A stretch of DNA of 64,000 bases from positions 1,488,001 to 1,552,000 of the forward strand of contig JAYWIR010000004.1 of the NCBI GenBank assembly GCA_036172245.1, given 5' to 3'. The translations under genes and the position numbers were made by a program. The first letter of the stretch is position 1. Every line of letters starts with the position of its first letter. The stretch is from Raillietiella orientalis (lineage: Eukaryota). Of the stretch, positions 39,800-51,233 are shown piece by piece. The notes below the pieces were generated by a model. That model searched no databases and had not been told where the DNA came from. It worked only from the letters and a program-made list of their open reading frames with translations.

Positions 39800-40793
39800 A
39801 ACGGGAACTGGTCGCCGTTCCCGCCCGGCTGCAAGGAACTTCTGGTCGTGCAAACGCCATCAGCTGTCTGCGGTGCTTTTGAAAACTCGTGTAGGGGAAA
39901 GTCGAAGCATCGAACGGAAGAGCCAGCGTCCAGTACTCATTCAAGGCCTCTTTTGCCGGAGGCATCAAATTATTGCTTTCCCACGTGCGTTTGTTCAAGG
40001 CGCCGTTCTCCTGGATCAGTCCATCTGGGCCAGAAGAAACGAACCGGAGACCGGAGATGCTCGTTTGCGATTCGAGAATAAAGTGGAATCCCGGTGCATG
40101 GGAGAACCCTCTTTTCTTGTTGTGATTCCCCGAAACTCCTTGATACCCTGGAGAGGTATTGATCTACCAGCGCCATGGTACGAGATGGAGAGTCCCCTTC
40201 CCCGAAGGATGGGACGGCTCCGTTTTCATTACCAGAGGGGAACCCCCAAAAGAATCGGCTCATTCAGATATGGAAGCGTCCCTGAGGATCGCCTTCCAGT
40301 CCTGGCCAGTCAACGGAGCACGTGGTTTAAACGTGGCAGTGCCACGTCTAAAGCGCCTCTTCCTGTGCGACGCCCTCACGCCGGTCGCATCCCTAGCGGC
40401 ACTTTGCTGCCCACTCGGTGGGACCATGGCTGCATGGAGCAGCGCCAGGACGAAAAGGACGCCATCTATTCTGCTGTCCTCTTCATGAGGACAGCGTCAA
40501 GATGGCCCTATCCAGGAACCTTGAAGCAGGAACTTACCGGCATCCTTACAAAGATGCAGAGGACGCCCTCCAGCACACAGTGATTCCTTCCCGAACCCCC
40601 CTCCCCATTTTTCGACTGCATGTTTTTTGTTTTTGTTTGTCTCCCCTCCCCCTGTGCTGCCGAGGCGAAGCCCACTGGCCAGAGTGCCATTTCCTGGCAG
40701 GTTCCTTCTCGTAGTTATAAGTAACGTGGCAGGATCAAACGTCCTGCCACGGACGTTTATTTTTTATAAATACAGGTCTCGGCGTGACCGCGT
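39800..40793 (+). mobile_element. Degenerate 3' fragment of the L1/Tx1-like LINE family
   Basis: FAGGIKL (GGLxL); region similar to the LRRFF..G C-terminal segment of other copies; 3' UTR with 10-bp hairpin (40725-40751), AATACA and CGG-CGTGA-CCG terminus. Confidence 0.7.
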
Positions 40794-40829
40794 ATCGACC
40801 AGTGAGGCACCCGAACCCTGTAGACTGGG

Positions 40830-40896
40830 CAGCGTCATCCTGCGGGGTGGTGACTCGAAACCCAGACGCACCCATTTTCTCGGCCTGGATCCTTTA
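40830..40896 (-). mobile_element. SINE body fragment (continuation of the 41659-41738 head)
   Basis: Reverse complement TAAAGGATCCAGGCCGAGAAAATGGGTGCGTCTGGGTTTCGAGTC...CCCGCAGGATG aligns with 14565-14622. Confidence 0.8.
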
Positions 40897-41658
40897 TTTT
40901 CACCCGGTCTCGCCAGTGCGCTTACTGTAAAAAATAATTACAAAAAAACACCATACAAAATATAAAAAATGTCTTTGTGGTGGTTTCACATCATCACTAC
41001 GAAGGAAGATGCCCCGGAGGCACTGCTTCCCTTGAGGAGCTCCTCCGATGTGGTCCGCACATGAGAGGTATGGGAAGCGGTAAAAAAAATCAAAGAAACA
41101 AAAAATCCGAAGTTCAGTTTAAAAGTACGGTAGGAAGTGAGGGGGGGGGGGAAGAAAAGGGATCACAGATTTCTTCCTGGCGTCCTCAGCATCCTTTAGA
41201 GGATGTTGGCAACCCCCTCCTTTTGTTGGCAGAGATGCCGGCGATCTTGTCCTAATGAAAGAGCAGACAACATCAATGACCTCATCCTTCGACTAGACTC
41301 TTTCGGCGCGGCTTCTCACCGCCGCAATCCCACGAGGGCAGCACGGAGCTGCGAGGGAGGCTGCGGGCGACATCGAGCTTGCGAGCGAAGAGGCGCCGCA
41401 AGACCTCCCTGCCGTTGTCCACCGGGAATGGGAGGATCAGCGTTGCCAGACACTCAGGAGGACAAAAACACGGTCCAACAACAGGAGCGGGAAGGTTTCC
41501 CGTTCCCCGAACCTGGCACAGTCTGAGGCTACGCTCCCCCTCGTCCACTGGGACTCATGCGTTGCACGGGATCGCCCAGTGCAACAACTGCAATGCCGAG
41601 TCCTGCCACTTCAGGGGAAGCATGAAGCTGTCTACAAACACTGGGGGGACTCTGTACT
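40897..41658 (-). mobile_element. 5'-truncated L1/Tx1-like LINE copy inserted in a SINE, with TSD
   Basis: SDCARFGERETFPLLLLDR is an eroded version of the SPDCKRCGAAGTLPHLLLDC zinc finger; GREVLRRLF; terminus CTGG-CGAGA-CCGGGTGAAAA; 11-bp TSD tggatccttta (40886-40896) / tcgatccttca (41659-41669). Confidence 0.8.
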
Positions 41659-41738
41659 TCGATCCTTCACGGGTATTCGAGCCCGGAAAGCTTGGTGCCG
41701 TGTGCGTAAACCGTAGCCACGCGATCGCCAACGCAGGC
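41659..41738 (-). mobile_element. tRNA-like head of a second SINE copy
   Basis: Reverse complement GCCTGCGTTGGCGATCGCGTGGCTACGGT...CAAGCTTTCCGGGCTCGAATACCCGTGAAGGATCGA aligns colinearly with 14494-14575. Confidence 0.8.
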
Positions 41739-42299
41739 CAGGAAATTTTTCTCTCTCCCGTTCTCTCTTCTATCCCAAATGATGAATGGAAGTCAGTTTG
41801 CAAGGATACTCCGCTAACTGTGCCTCTCTGGTTAGCAATCCATTCCTCTTGCTTGAGTCACCCTTATTGAGGTTTCTTTAGTTTTGAACCTTCTGGCTGC
41901 ATATCAGTCTGGGGTTAACATGTGGGTCACTGCTCTCATTGTTTCAGAGTTCTAAAGAGAAGTGAAGATCGCCTGTCTATGTGAATCATTGAATTCGTTC
42001 TCCATTTTTTTTTTTTTTTTTAATAGAAGACCTGTGAGAACAATCAAGATTGCAATCGCTTTCCAGATCAGTGTGCTTGCGATGCAGCCGGGTCCTTGAA
42101 GTTGCTTACACTTTTTGCACACAACCGTGCACTCAAGTGTACAAAAATTGCTCGGAGCTCATAAATCTTTCTTATTCCCGATACAAATCATTCCACATTT
42201 TGGCTTGCTGACAGGGAACTGTTTTTCCGAATCAAGCTATGATACGGATCGCTCTAGCAACACTACTGGCTCTTCTTGAAGAAAAATGGCCACAGAGAG

Positions 42300-43000
42300 G
42301 AATAAAATCTGTTTGCTAGTTTCCCATGTCTCATTCTAAATCCAAAGGCTGTTCTTTCATGGAAACTCCTCCCCGATATCCATCTGAGACAATGGAAGAG
42401 TGATGATGCCACCACATGAACGCTGTTTGGTACTGGGACAATCATCCAAAGAGCGCATCTTCCTAGCATCGGCGTTTCAAGCCCAGCTACGAGATTGTTC
42501 CAAGTCTAGCTACCAGAACGCTATCGAAAGGAACAGAACATCCATTTCAGAGCTGTAAGATGAGATAATCGGAACAAACTCCTTCTTTGGGAGTCGGAGC
42601 GGAGATCCGGCGCCGATTTATCATCTCAGTTTTGACCTAAGTTGAGAAATCTGGATAGACTTTTGTCTCCGATTTTGAAAAACGCAATCAGTGAGACCTG
42701 GTAATGAAAACGCAGTGAAAGGTGTTTTTCCTTTGAATCTTGTTGAAGGGAAGCAAACCCCCGGACAGGTTGTTTCTGTTTCTTCCGCATCGCTCAAATC
42801 TGTGGTATCATCAACTGTGGTACTCCAAGCCAATCTTCAAGAGATGCCAGTTAGTTTCAAACGGTTCCAATCGGGGGGACTAATAGAAGATAGGGAATTG
42901 AAATGGAATCTCCTCTCTGAAAACTCGGGAAGTTTGAGGAGAGAAACTGAAGTTGAGAGGAGAGCTACAGGTTTGATGGTTAGAGGTAACGCAGTGTATC
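42300..43000 (-). mobile_element. Possible decayed I/Loa-group LINE RNase H region
   Basis: SPPDW, then TTDLS...GVCFP (TDGS..GV), then LRWISGRS (WIPGH-like). Confidence 0.35.
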
Positions 43001-46000
43001 GTATATACGATCCTATATAAGATGTATGCGAAGATACGTGTGTGCGTCTTTTTTCCACGATCTGCAAGCGCTTTTTAGGTTGAAGCTGGAGTTTACGCCT
43101 ACAAGATTTAAAATGGTCAGATGGATATTTTTGCCAAATCGCGAAGTTCCCTCTCATTAAACTTTTAGGGCTTTGTGTTGAAAGTGAGAAAAACAGCGAC
43201 ATTTGTTTTTCCAGATGAAACTGTCTGATGATGCGAAATCTTTCTGCCGATGAATGCGATTTGCTTTGGCATCATAAAATTTTTTAGAGTGTCTTGCATT
43301 CCCACTCAGGGAATGAGACTCATTCTCGGTTCTATCCGAAGCAGTCAAATAAAAGTATTCCTGGAGAGAAGTTTACAGCACGTTTGTCATTTGCGCCTAT
43401 AAAAGTGAAGATTTTCAATTATGGAGTCGAAGCAGTTCGTTGGATTTTTTATGTTTGGTTGTCAGATCGGCTGTTTCCTTCTTAGTGTGTCTTTTTACCT
43501 CCTTTGGTCTGACATGGATTAAATTAACCTCGCCTGTGGGGAAGGAAGAAATGTGCTTCTTGTTTGCTGGAGACACAGGTTGCACAGTTTTTCAGCGAAG
43601 GTCAGGTCATTAATTTCACCTCTTCCGCTTCTCACTTGTTCCTCGAATCATTGCTAGGAAATGGGAAGCTGCTCGGTTCCATCCAGCCGTCTTCCTTTTC
43701 GTGTCGATTTCCTCTTTTCGTTTATCAGGGTCAGAAAACCAGAGGTTGGATGATTGTTTATGAAGGACCACCATGTTCCCGATTTTGTACGTAAGCACCT
43801 CTCTCTTTGGTTAATCTTTAGATTCTCTTTAATCGGATCCTTGATTTTTTCTGATTGATTTCTTGTTTCCTTTGCTCTGGAAAACTCGAACGTTATTCTT
43901 CAGAAGTGAGAAACCGTACTTGGGGAACAATCTTTTCATCCTGAGTTCGAGTAGGCAACGCTTGGTTTAAGTGTATCTCCTTGGGTTCGGAGCATTTAGT
44001 TTCCTAGGAGAAGAAATCCCAAGTATAATAGTTTGATGTTTCATACGATAGGCTCTACTTCGCCCCCAAAGCCCTGCTAAAATGTTCGCCGTTTTGAAGC
44101 ATTTGATGTTTTGGTATTTGCGCTTATGAATCTTCTATTGCAAACTTTTTGGTCCACCCTACGCGTGCATCCTTCTTAGTTGGCTCCTTTAATGCCAACT
44201 TCTAAGGTATTTATGGTCTCACGTGATATAGTCTCTCTGAAGCAGCATGCTTCGTTTCAAGCAGATCGAAAGAGAAGACCGACATACATTCATTCTAAAA
44301 AGGGGTGCTGAGAAATCGGTTTATGCTTCAACTGAGTTTCCGAAAGAAAGCACATCCACCTCTATGAGAAAACAAGGAAGAAAACTGCAATATGAGATCT
44401 CGATTCCACAAAGCTTCCTGGATGCGTTGGTCTTCCAAGGATAGTTGTCCTAGGAAGAGTACTGTCTTTCGATGGCTAGATGTAAGATGCGAATATCCAA
44501 GGCACAGACAAAACTACGGGTAGCTGCAGATTCAAAAGTGACCATACTTGATGCTGGTAATTCATACTCTGAAGGTGCTCCCATCCGTCTGCTTACATAT
44601 TCGCACGTGCGTGGGAAATGCATTTGCATACGCTTATGAAGACTTGTAATAACACATTCCTCCGAAAATAAAAGAACGCATGGTATTTAATATGTTTCGG
44701 GCACAGTCTGCTTTGCCAGCCTTGCGGAGTTTTCATTTCATATACAATGCTGCAATTATTATACTACGAGTACTTTCACTTTCTTGTTTGCCCACAGTGA
44801 AAGGCATCATTTGGATGCGCTTCGTATCATTACAAACAGATGCTTACATATGCACATGTAGGCGTAGGCACACAGATCATCATGGAAAGCTTCCCATTGT
44901 CTTTCTTTCCTTTTCTTTTTTTTTCAAAATTTTTTATGCATGTATTGAGAGCTATAAAAATACATAGAATTTATCAATTGGTTTCCTTGAATGCCGAGTC
45001 ACAGTCAGTCAGGTGAGAAAAAGCTACATTTTTGCAAACAAAGCGGGGATTTGAGATGCACAGAAGGGAGTCTGCGGTTAAGGTTGACCACCAGCGATTC
45101 TATTTGCATTTTTCTTGCTTACTTAATGCTTCTCTTGGGAACCATCCAAACCGTGAATTTCGAATTCTAATTCCAAATCGCAACTCTGGGATTTGTTAAT
45201 ACGCGTAAAGTTTTACATTAGCTCGCCTTTCTTTGTAGAACTCAGCATTGAACATTTTTCAACATCTTTGTGAACTTTCTCCGTTTCTGTGAGTTTCCAC
45301 CATTGGTGAATGTCTCTCATTTCAGTTCTGCGTTCATACTGAATACACGTCGAAATCGTTGCACCTGTACTCCACTCCATCATCAAATCTCTTTCTTTGA
45401 GATGTGAGTCGATTTCCCATTAAGAACCAAGCGTAGAGAAAATGAAGCAGCCTGTTGGATTTATTGGGGAAGACGGCAGTACAACAGATGGACCGCTGTC
45501 TATTCTGAAAGCCACGTTAAGAACATATTCTGTTGGCACCTGAAGAAAACTGCTCCCATTCAGAGTCGCCCAGAATCTTCAGAGAGATATGGATACTCAT
45601 CAAAGTCACAAGATCTCTCCGCTGTCTAGAAGATGCTGTGATCTTCGCTTAATACCAGATCGGTTTCTGAAGCCATTTCGAAAGAAATTTCCCTAGTGTT
45701 GGATGTGTTGCCTTGAAGGTTAATTCTCTTCTTTGTAAAGGGAGCAAGGAGAAGTGAGGACGAAAAGATTCTGAGGCAAATGCAAGAGAAACAGGCAGCC
45801 TTGGACCAGAGAAGAAAGAAGAATTTTTAAAAACACATGCATGATCCCGGCATATTTAAGAAAATAAACGCTCTATGTGATTTTTTTTTCCTGCCTAGGA
45901 ATTTACAAGATGCGTTGATACGCCAAGTGTGTTGCATTCGCCAGTTATCCTTTTCGCTGGTAGGTTGCAGAGAAAACGGGGCAACTCCTCCCACACGGGT

Positions 46001-46349
46001 GGTCATCACCTACAGTAAAAAATGGAAAACTCGGAAACGGAGCTTTGCGTGAGACGCTGGTGTTTGCTTTCACGAATGCTTCCATCAAAAAGTGCTTTTC
46101 TTTTTTTTTAGCATGAAGCTGAAATGAAAGAGATGCGGAGAAATGAGAAAATGGGAGAATTTCAGAGAACGAAATCCACCCTTTCGTAGAAGGGACGGTA
46201 GACAAATGGCTAAAATGTGGCTGGGCTATCAACAGTGGCCTCTGAGCTCGGAGAAATTATCGATGAAAAATCAGAACTATTTAGGTAATTACTAGAAGAG
46301 ATCATCTAGCCAAAACGCCGCCGGAATCTGGGTGATGCTCTCAGTAAAA

Positions 46350-46700
46350 ATTATCGTTCTGCGAGAAGACGTCCAAACATGTGAAAAAGCAGAACTTTGG
46401 TATTGCTTTAGGTGGAGGAACTTTTGTACAATTAAGATGAGCAAGCTGGTTGATACGAGTACCTTCATTCCGCGATCCACGCTAGCATGCAGGCGATTTT
46501 TTTCCCCTGAGGAGTTCCCGATCGGGGAGCTTCCGGGAAATGAGCAGCGGTGCTCCACAAGACAGGCTCACAAAATATTGATGAACGAAATGTTGCAATA
46601 ATGGAATGGGAATGCAGAATCTCAAGAGAATCAACGGAGGAGCTTTTGGCGCAAGTCACAGGAACGCAAGGAATTAAAATTTCGTACTTGAAGGGTAAGT
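46350..46700 (-). mobile_element. Decayed RT fragment
   Basis: SGTPQG motif at ~46505-46525. Confidence 0.35.
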
Positions 46701-46949
46701 TATCCTTACCCTTCAGATAAGGATGCTCCCAGCTCATCTGTGATCAAGTAGCAGTGGAGAAAGCGGAAGGTCAACTGCCAGTTTATTTCTTGGATGACGG
46801 GTGCAGATGTGCATGTCGGAGATCATCGATTCACTCTATAAGAAGCAGTCAGAAAACAACGAGGATCAGCGGTGAGTGGGAATCCCGGAGGGCCGTCCCC
46901 ATGACTGTGGGACTTCGTAAAATAAACGGAAGCTTTCCTTAGGTGCCTC

Positions 46950-47950
46950 CCACCTTCTTCGTACCCTGTAACATCATACAACCGCAGAGCTCCGGAAAAG
47001 AGCCACATGTCGGTAACGAAAGGATGATCTCATGGTTGCTTCCGGGCTTTCGGGTCGTGCCTTTTCCTCGGGAGGAGCGACTTGATTCGCGGGGATTCGT
47101 GCGCCTCTTGTCAGTGCTTGAGGAGCAGTTCGATTTCCAGGTTTCCGACTTCCCGCAGAAATCGGACAGCATCGTCGCTGGAAGGATTCCTCCCTCAGAG
47201 GCAACTCGCATCCTCGTTGACGAGACCTTCGTATTGTAATGGCTGACCGCGGCGGACCGAGGGGGGAACTCCGCATGGATCTGTAGTGCGTTTCGAACCC
47301 ACTCCTTCGAGACTCATGTCGCGTTCCTCACTCGCGACGCCGTGCATGCTGTTGCCTGGAACGCTGCCAACTTTCTCTACCAGCAAACTGCATTGTGCTT
47401 ACAAACAGGTTTGCTGCTTCGGATTTTGGTCCACTTCTCTCATCCGGCTGGTGGCTCAGACGACGCACCACAATACATGTTTCGGGTGAGCAGCATGCAG
47501 TAGGATCTCGTTCGGGGAATACCAGGGTACGACGAATTACCTAGGGACTGCTGTCCACCGGTCCAGGTCGAGTTCGATCCAACTCCTGGAAATGAACTGC
47601 TGTGAGCCCCCAGCGTAAACTGCGACTGGCTCCCCTCCTTCATTTGGCGCACCAAATTGCCGTGTCCCTTGATAAAGAGTCCTGGCTGCTTGTTCTGTGC
47701 CCCCAAAGTGTTGTCCCGTGCCATGCTTCTTCTGTATGGGTGACCCGCACCTTCTCTCAGGGATTCTACCTGCATGGCACGAGGTGAACAGACCGTGTGG
47801 GTAATCAGAGGAAGGTGAAAAAATCTCGAAATGAGGTGCCTCTAAACAACGTTGTGTCACGTCGGGAAGCGACGGAACTTCCTGCACCAAAATCACCAAA
47901 GCACACGCCATTTTGCGAACTGCAGAAAACACCCTCTATGAGTAGAAAGG
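46950..47950 (-). mobile_element. Decayed R1-like LINE RT and downstream region
   Basis: PT*HNVV (PxLWNV), SCHAGRI (YADD-like), later ALQIHAEFPP (ALxVLAGxPP). Confidence 0.4.
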
Positions 47951-49199
47951 ATGGATCCAGTCTTTGCAGTGGGAGCAAAGGAGATCCTGAATGTATGAAA
48001 TGAAGTTCTTGAGAGAATTAATCGTTGATTCATGAGGTTCTTGCCTTAAGCATTGCAATGTCTCTTTTGACCACGTAGGGATGCCACTTTTTTTCTTTGA
48101 GCGTGCTTCTGTTAGCAAACGACAGATCGTATTGCAGTACGGAAGTTCGCCTGAGGGGCGTTCAACGGTGTCTTGGAAATACTTGGCGATTCAGATCATC
48201 GATGCACCCTTCCCTGTGCACCAAATATCTTCTTTTTTTGCTCATGCCGCGCCTCTTTGGCGTGAGCTTGAGATTCTATTAAATTCCTAGGAGCCGAAGA
48301 TTTTCAGGATTTGCTTCCCTCTACGGACAACTATTTTTGCCGTTACATTTTCCAGGAAGATTTTTGACCCGTTTACGGTCCATTCGAAAGTTTCGTTAAT
48401 CGTCACTAAAGCTGCATCTAGTCAGCTGCTGGCGAGCTCAAAGGTCTCGCAGAGTATAAATAAGCAAAGGATAAAATGGTACAGCTGGATGACTTTTCCG
48501 AAGCCCTGTTTTATTAAAAACGGGAAACAAATATTCTGCACCGGTGGGGATTCACGTCATTACTGATCTTCGCTTTCGAGATCTGTGTTGCTCTTTTTCT
48601 CGGTGGTGTGTTCTGGAAGACTTTTTCTCGGTTTCCCCTTCACATTTTCATGCTCCGAGGATCCAAGTCGCAGCGGACCTCGCATCACGCGCTCCATGAC
48701 ACCCCTTGCGTATTCCCTGCCGCTTTTACATGAGGTTGCACGTAAAACCTCGATGATCGAACGTTGCTAATAGCTCGTCTCCTTTATTTTTTTTAATGAC
48801 AGTTCCTCGTTTTTCGAGAGTGCGTGGTCTCTTCCGAGGAGCGCTGCAGCTTTTTCCCTCCTTTAAATTCTTAATAGATTGCTCCGAAAAGTAGTCGATT
48901 CTTCCAAAAAAACAATTTTTTGTTTTTCATTAAGAAAAGCAGGAAATTTCTGTCTCGACACACCTCAAGTCGCCGGCCAGAGAGTCCGAGATTCCGCGAA
49001 GCGTCAGTGGCCCTACAGGCCACATCAAAGGTCAAAGAATGTCGATCGATTTCTCGAGCCTGGATTCTCCGTCTGGGGGTCACCTGAATGTGGTCAGAGC
49101 AGATTGAAGGTGCAACTGCGCAAGTCATCGAGCTTCGCATTCGCTCCCTGATTCCCTCTTGATCGTGGGAAGCATCAGGAAAGTTCTTCGATATTCAGG

Positions 49200-49430
49200 A
49201 TGTATCCTCTTAAAGGTGGCAACACCTAATGTTGAATCCATTTTTCCAGAATGGAAGGGGAAGGTCTTTCGTTCGATGCCTTCGCAGAAAACGGGAACAG
49301 ACTGCAGCCCAGGGCAGCAACCACCACACCAGCTCTACCCGTGCTTACTTCAAAATGCTGGCAGCGGATGCCCTACATCGGTCCATCCATTCCTTGCAGC
49401 CATCCAGACCGAGGAAACAAAGCTGTGATC
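49200..49430 (+). mobile_element. Jockey-like RT N-terminal fragment abutting the adjacent LINE
   Basis: IFPEWKGKV...KTGTDCSP...HQLYPC...SKCWQR resembles FPxxWKxAxV..KxGKD..P..YRPISLL..K.LER. Confidence 0.5.
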
Positions 49431-49440
49431 TTCCTCGCTG

Positions 49441-51233
49441 TTTCCCACCCGGATGCGCCGGAGCGTTTATTACTAAACTATCCGGGAACAGGGTTCCCGG
49501 ACAAAGGACACAGAAAAAACGAAGGGAGGGATCTCCGACACGCAGGTCGGTAAACCTAAAGTCCGGAACGGGAGGGAGGGGACCACAAATACATATATAA
49601 AAATATAGAAGTAAAGATATGGGGAGCGTAGGAGACAGGGGTCTTTGGTTTGGGCTGTTCCTTTACTTCAGGACCGGCGGTGAATGACGGTGATCTCGCT
49701 CCTCACGTCCTCTGGAAGATGGGCTCACTCGGCAGCCGACGTCATCTTCCTCGCTATGGTGGCTGCTCATTGCGTACGGTGCACGTAACGTATGTCTCTC
49801 AAGTGTGGAATGCTGAAGCGCAGAAGATCTTGGGTTCCTTCAGAGACATCCTTGAATCCCTGGCTCCGAAAGAGCTTGCGACCAGTACAAATGCTACTGT
49901 GCAAAGGGATGAGGTCACAGCATTCTCTCCTTCTCTCCGACTTGCATCCTTCAAGCCATCGAGGGCCTCTGACAAGAGCAGAAGAGTTCTGAACAACCTT
50001 TCTGGGTGGAGTTTCCAATCGATACCCGGAAATCGATTGACTGGAGGTACAATTGATTCTGCATCCCCCCTTTACCTAGGCCTGCTGGCTCAACGCATCT
50101 ACCTGACCAGGATGATGACAGCTTCAATTCTCCGAATCCTGCAGGGCAGAATTTATCCCAAAGGAAGTTGCACTCGGTAGTGGAAGCTCTCTCGCAGACA
50201 CCGTCAGAGGGTGGGAATTTGGGAGGTTATGTCCGGAGCGATTGGGAGAAACTGCAGCAAACCGGGCAAGCGTCCGGACAAGTCAGGGTGGAAAGGAACT
50301 TTGGAAGGAATGAACAGGATCTTGTTTGTCAAACCCACAAGAAGAAAAATTTTCTCAAGCATGAGCAGAGTTCAATGCAAGGGCGCGTAGGAATTCCAAA
50401 TTTGTAAAACACCTTTAGCAAGGAGACACCGTGTTCTGTGTTGGGAGGCAATGGTTTTCGGAGAATTTTCTGTCGAATAGACAAAACCTCTGGTTTGCAG
50501 ACACGAAGGAAGTCAGCCTTCTGCCCTTGCGGGCGCTGTCCACCAGGAACAGAGTCAATCATTTGTGAAGAAGATGCGTGTGATGAAAAGAAGCCCTCGG
50601 TCACATCCGCGACAGATGCGCCAGCAAACCAGACGGTGATTACGGAAGGTTATGTCTAGCTTAACGATCCAGATCAAGAGAGCCACCCTGGAATACTGGG
50701 AGTTTACAGATCGTGAGCTGTTCCCGGTCAGGAAGAAGTCAGAAGAAAACCTGATGGAGGGATCCATGCAGAAATTGAACATCGCGATGGAAGAGCCTTT
50801 CAAAGTCTTCGGGAAAGTTGAAAGGAAGAGAGGGAAGAGAAAGATGATGGAAGTTCAAACCGATGTGACTGACCAAATTTTTGAGCAATTGCACTGGTGG
50901 TAAGAAAAAAGTCCTTTGCGCAGCAATTGAGAGCATGTGCGAGCGGCTCCACTCAGCCCACACATCTGCACGAGCGGTCACAGTGGTCTTCGGTGAGTGC
51001 AGCTCACACGGGTAGCATGTATGGCCTCGGGACGCAGCTGAACTTTACTGAGTGATTTGTCTTCCGTCGACTGCAACGAAGGTCTGAGATGGGGATTGGA
51101 TCCACCCAAAGAATCAGCTGCGCATTCTCTTTGTGCTTCCAATGAGCATGAGGTGCGTGCCTGGAAGACAAGAAAAAAGGCTCTTGTAGACTGTTTGCAC
51201 AGTTCCTTGATCAGTGCATCCTCTGACTGGGAG
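49441..51233 (-). mobile_element. 5'-truncated L1/Tx1-like LINE copy
   Basis: 49441-49660 closely matches 61391-61600; 50790-50885 is homologous to 2450-2545; possible eroded TSD (tgatcttcctcgctg at 49426-49440 vs tgacttcccgactg at ~51235). Confidence 0.85.

Noticed and set aside
43225..43245. Minimal hammerhead ribozyme (CTGATGA-TGC-GAAA)
   Set aside because: Could not find supporting stems I and III or a cleavage triplet
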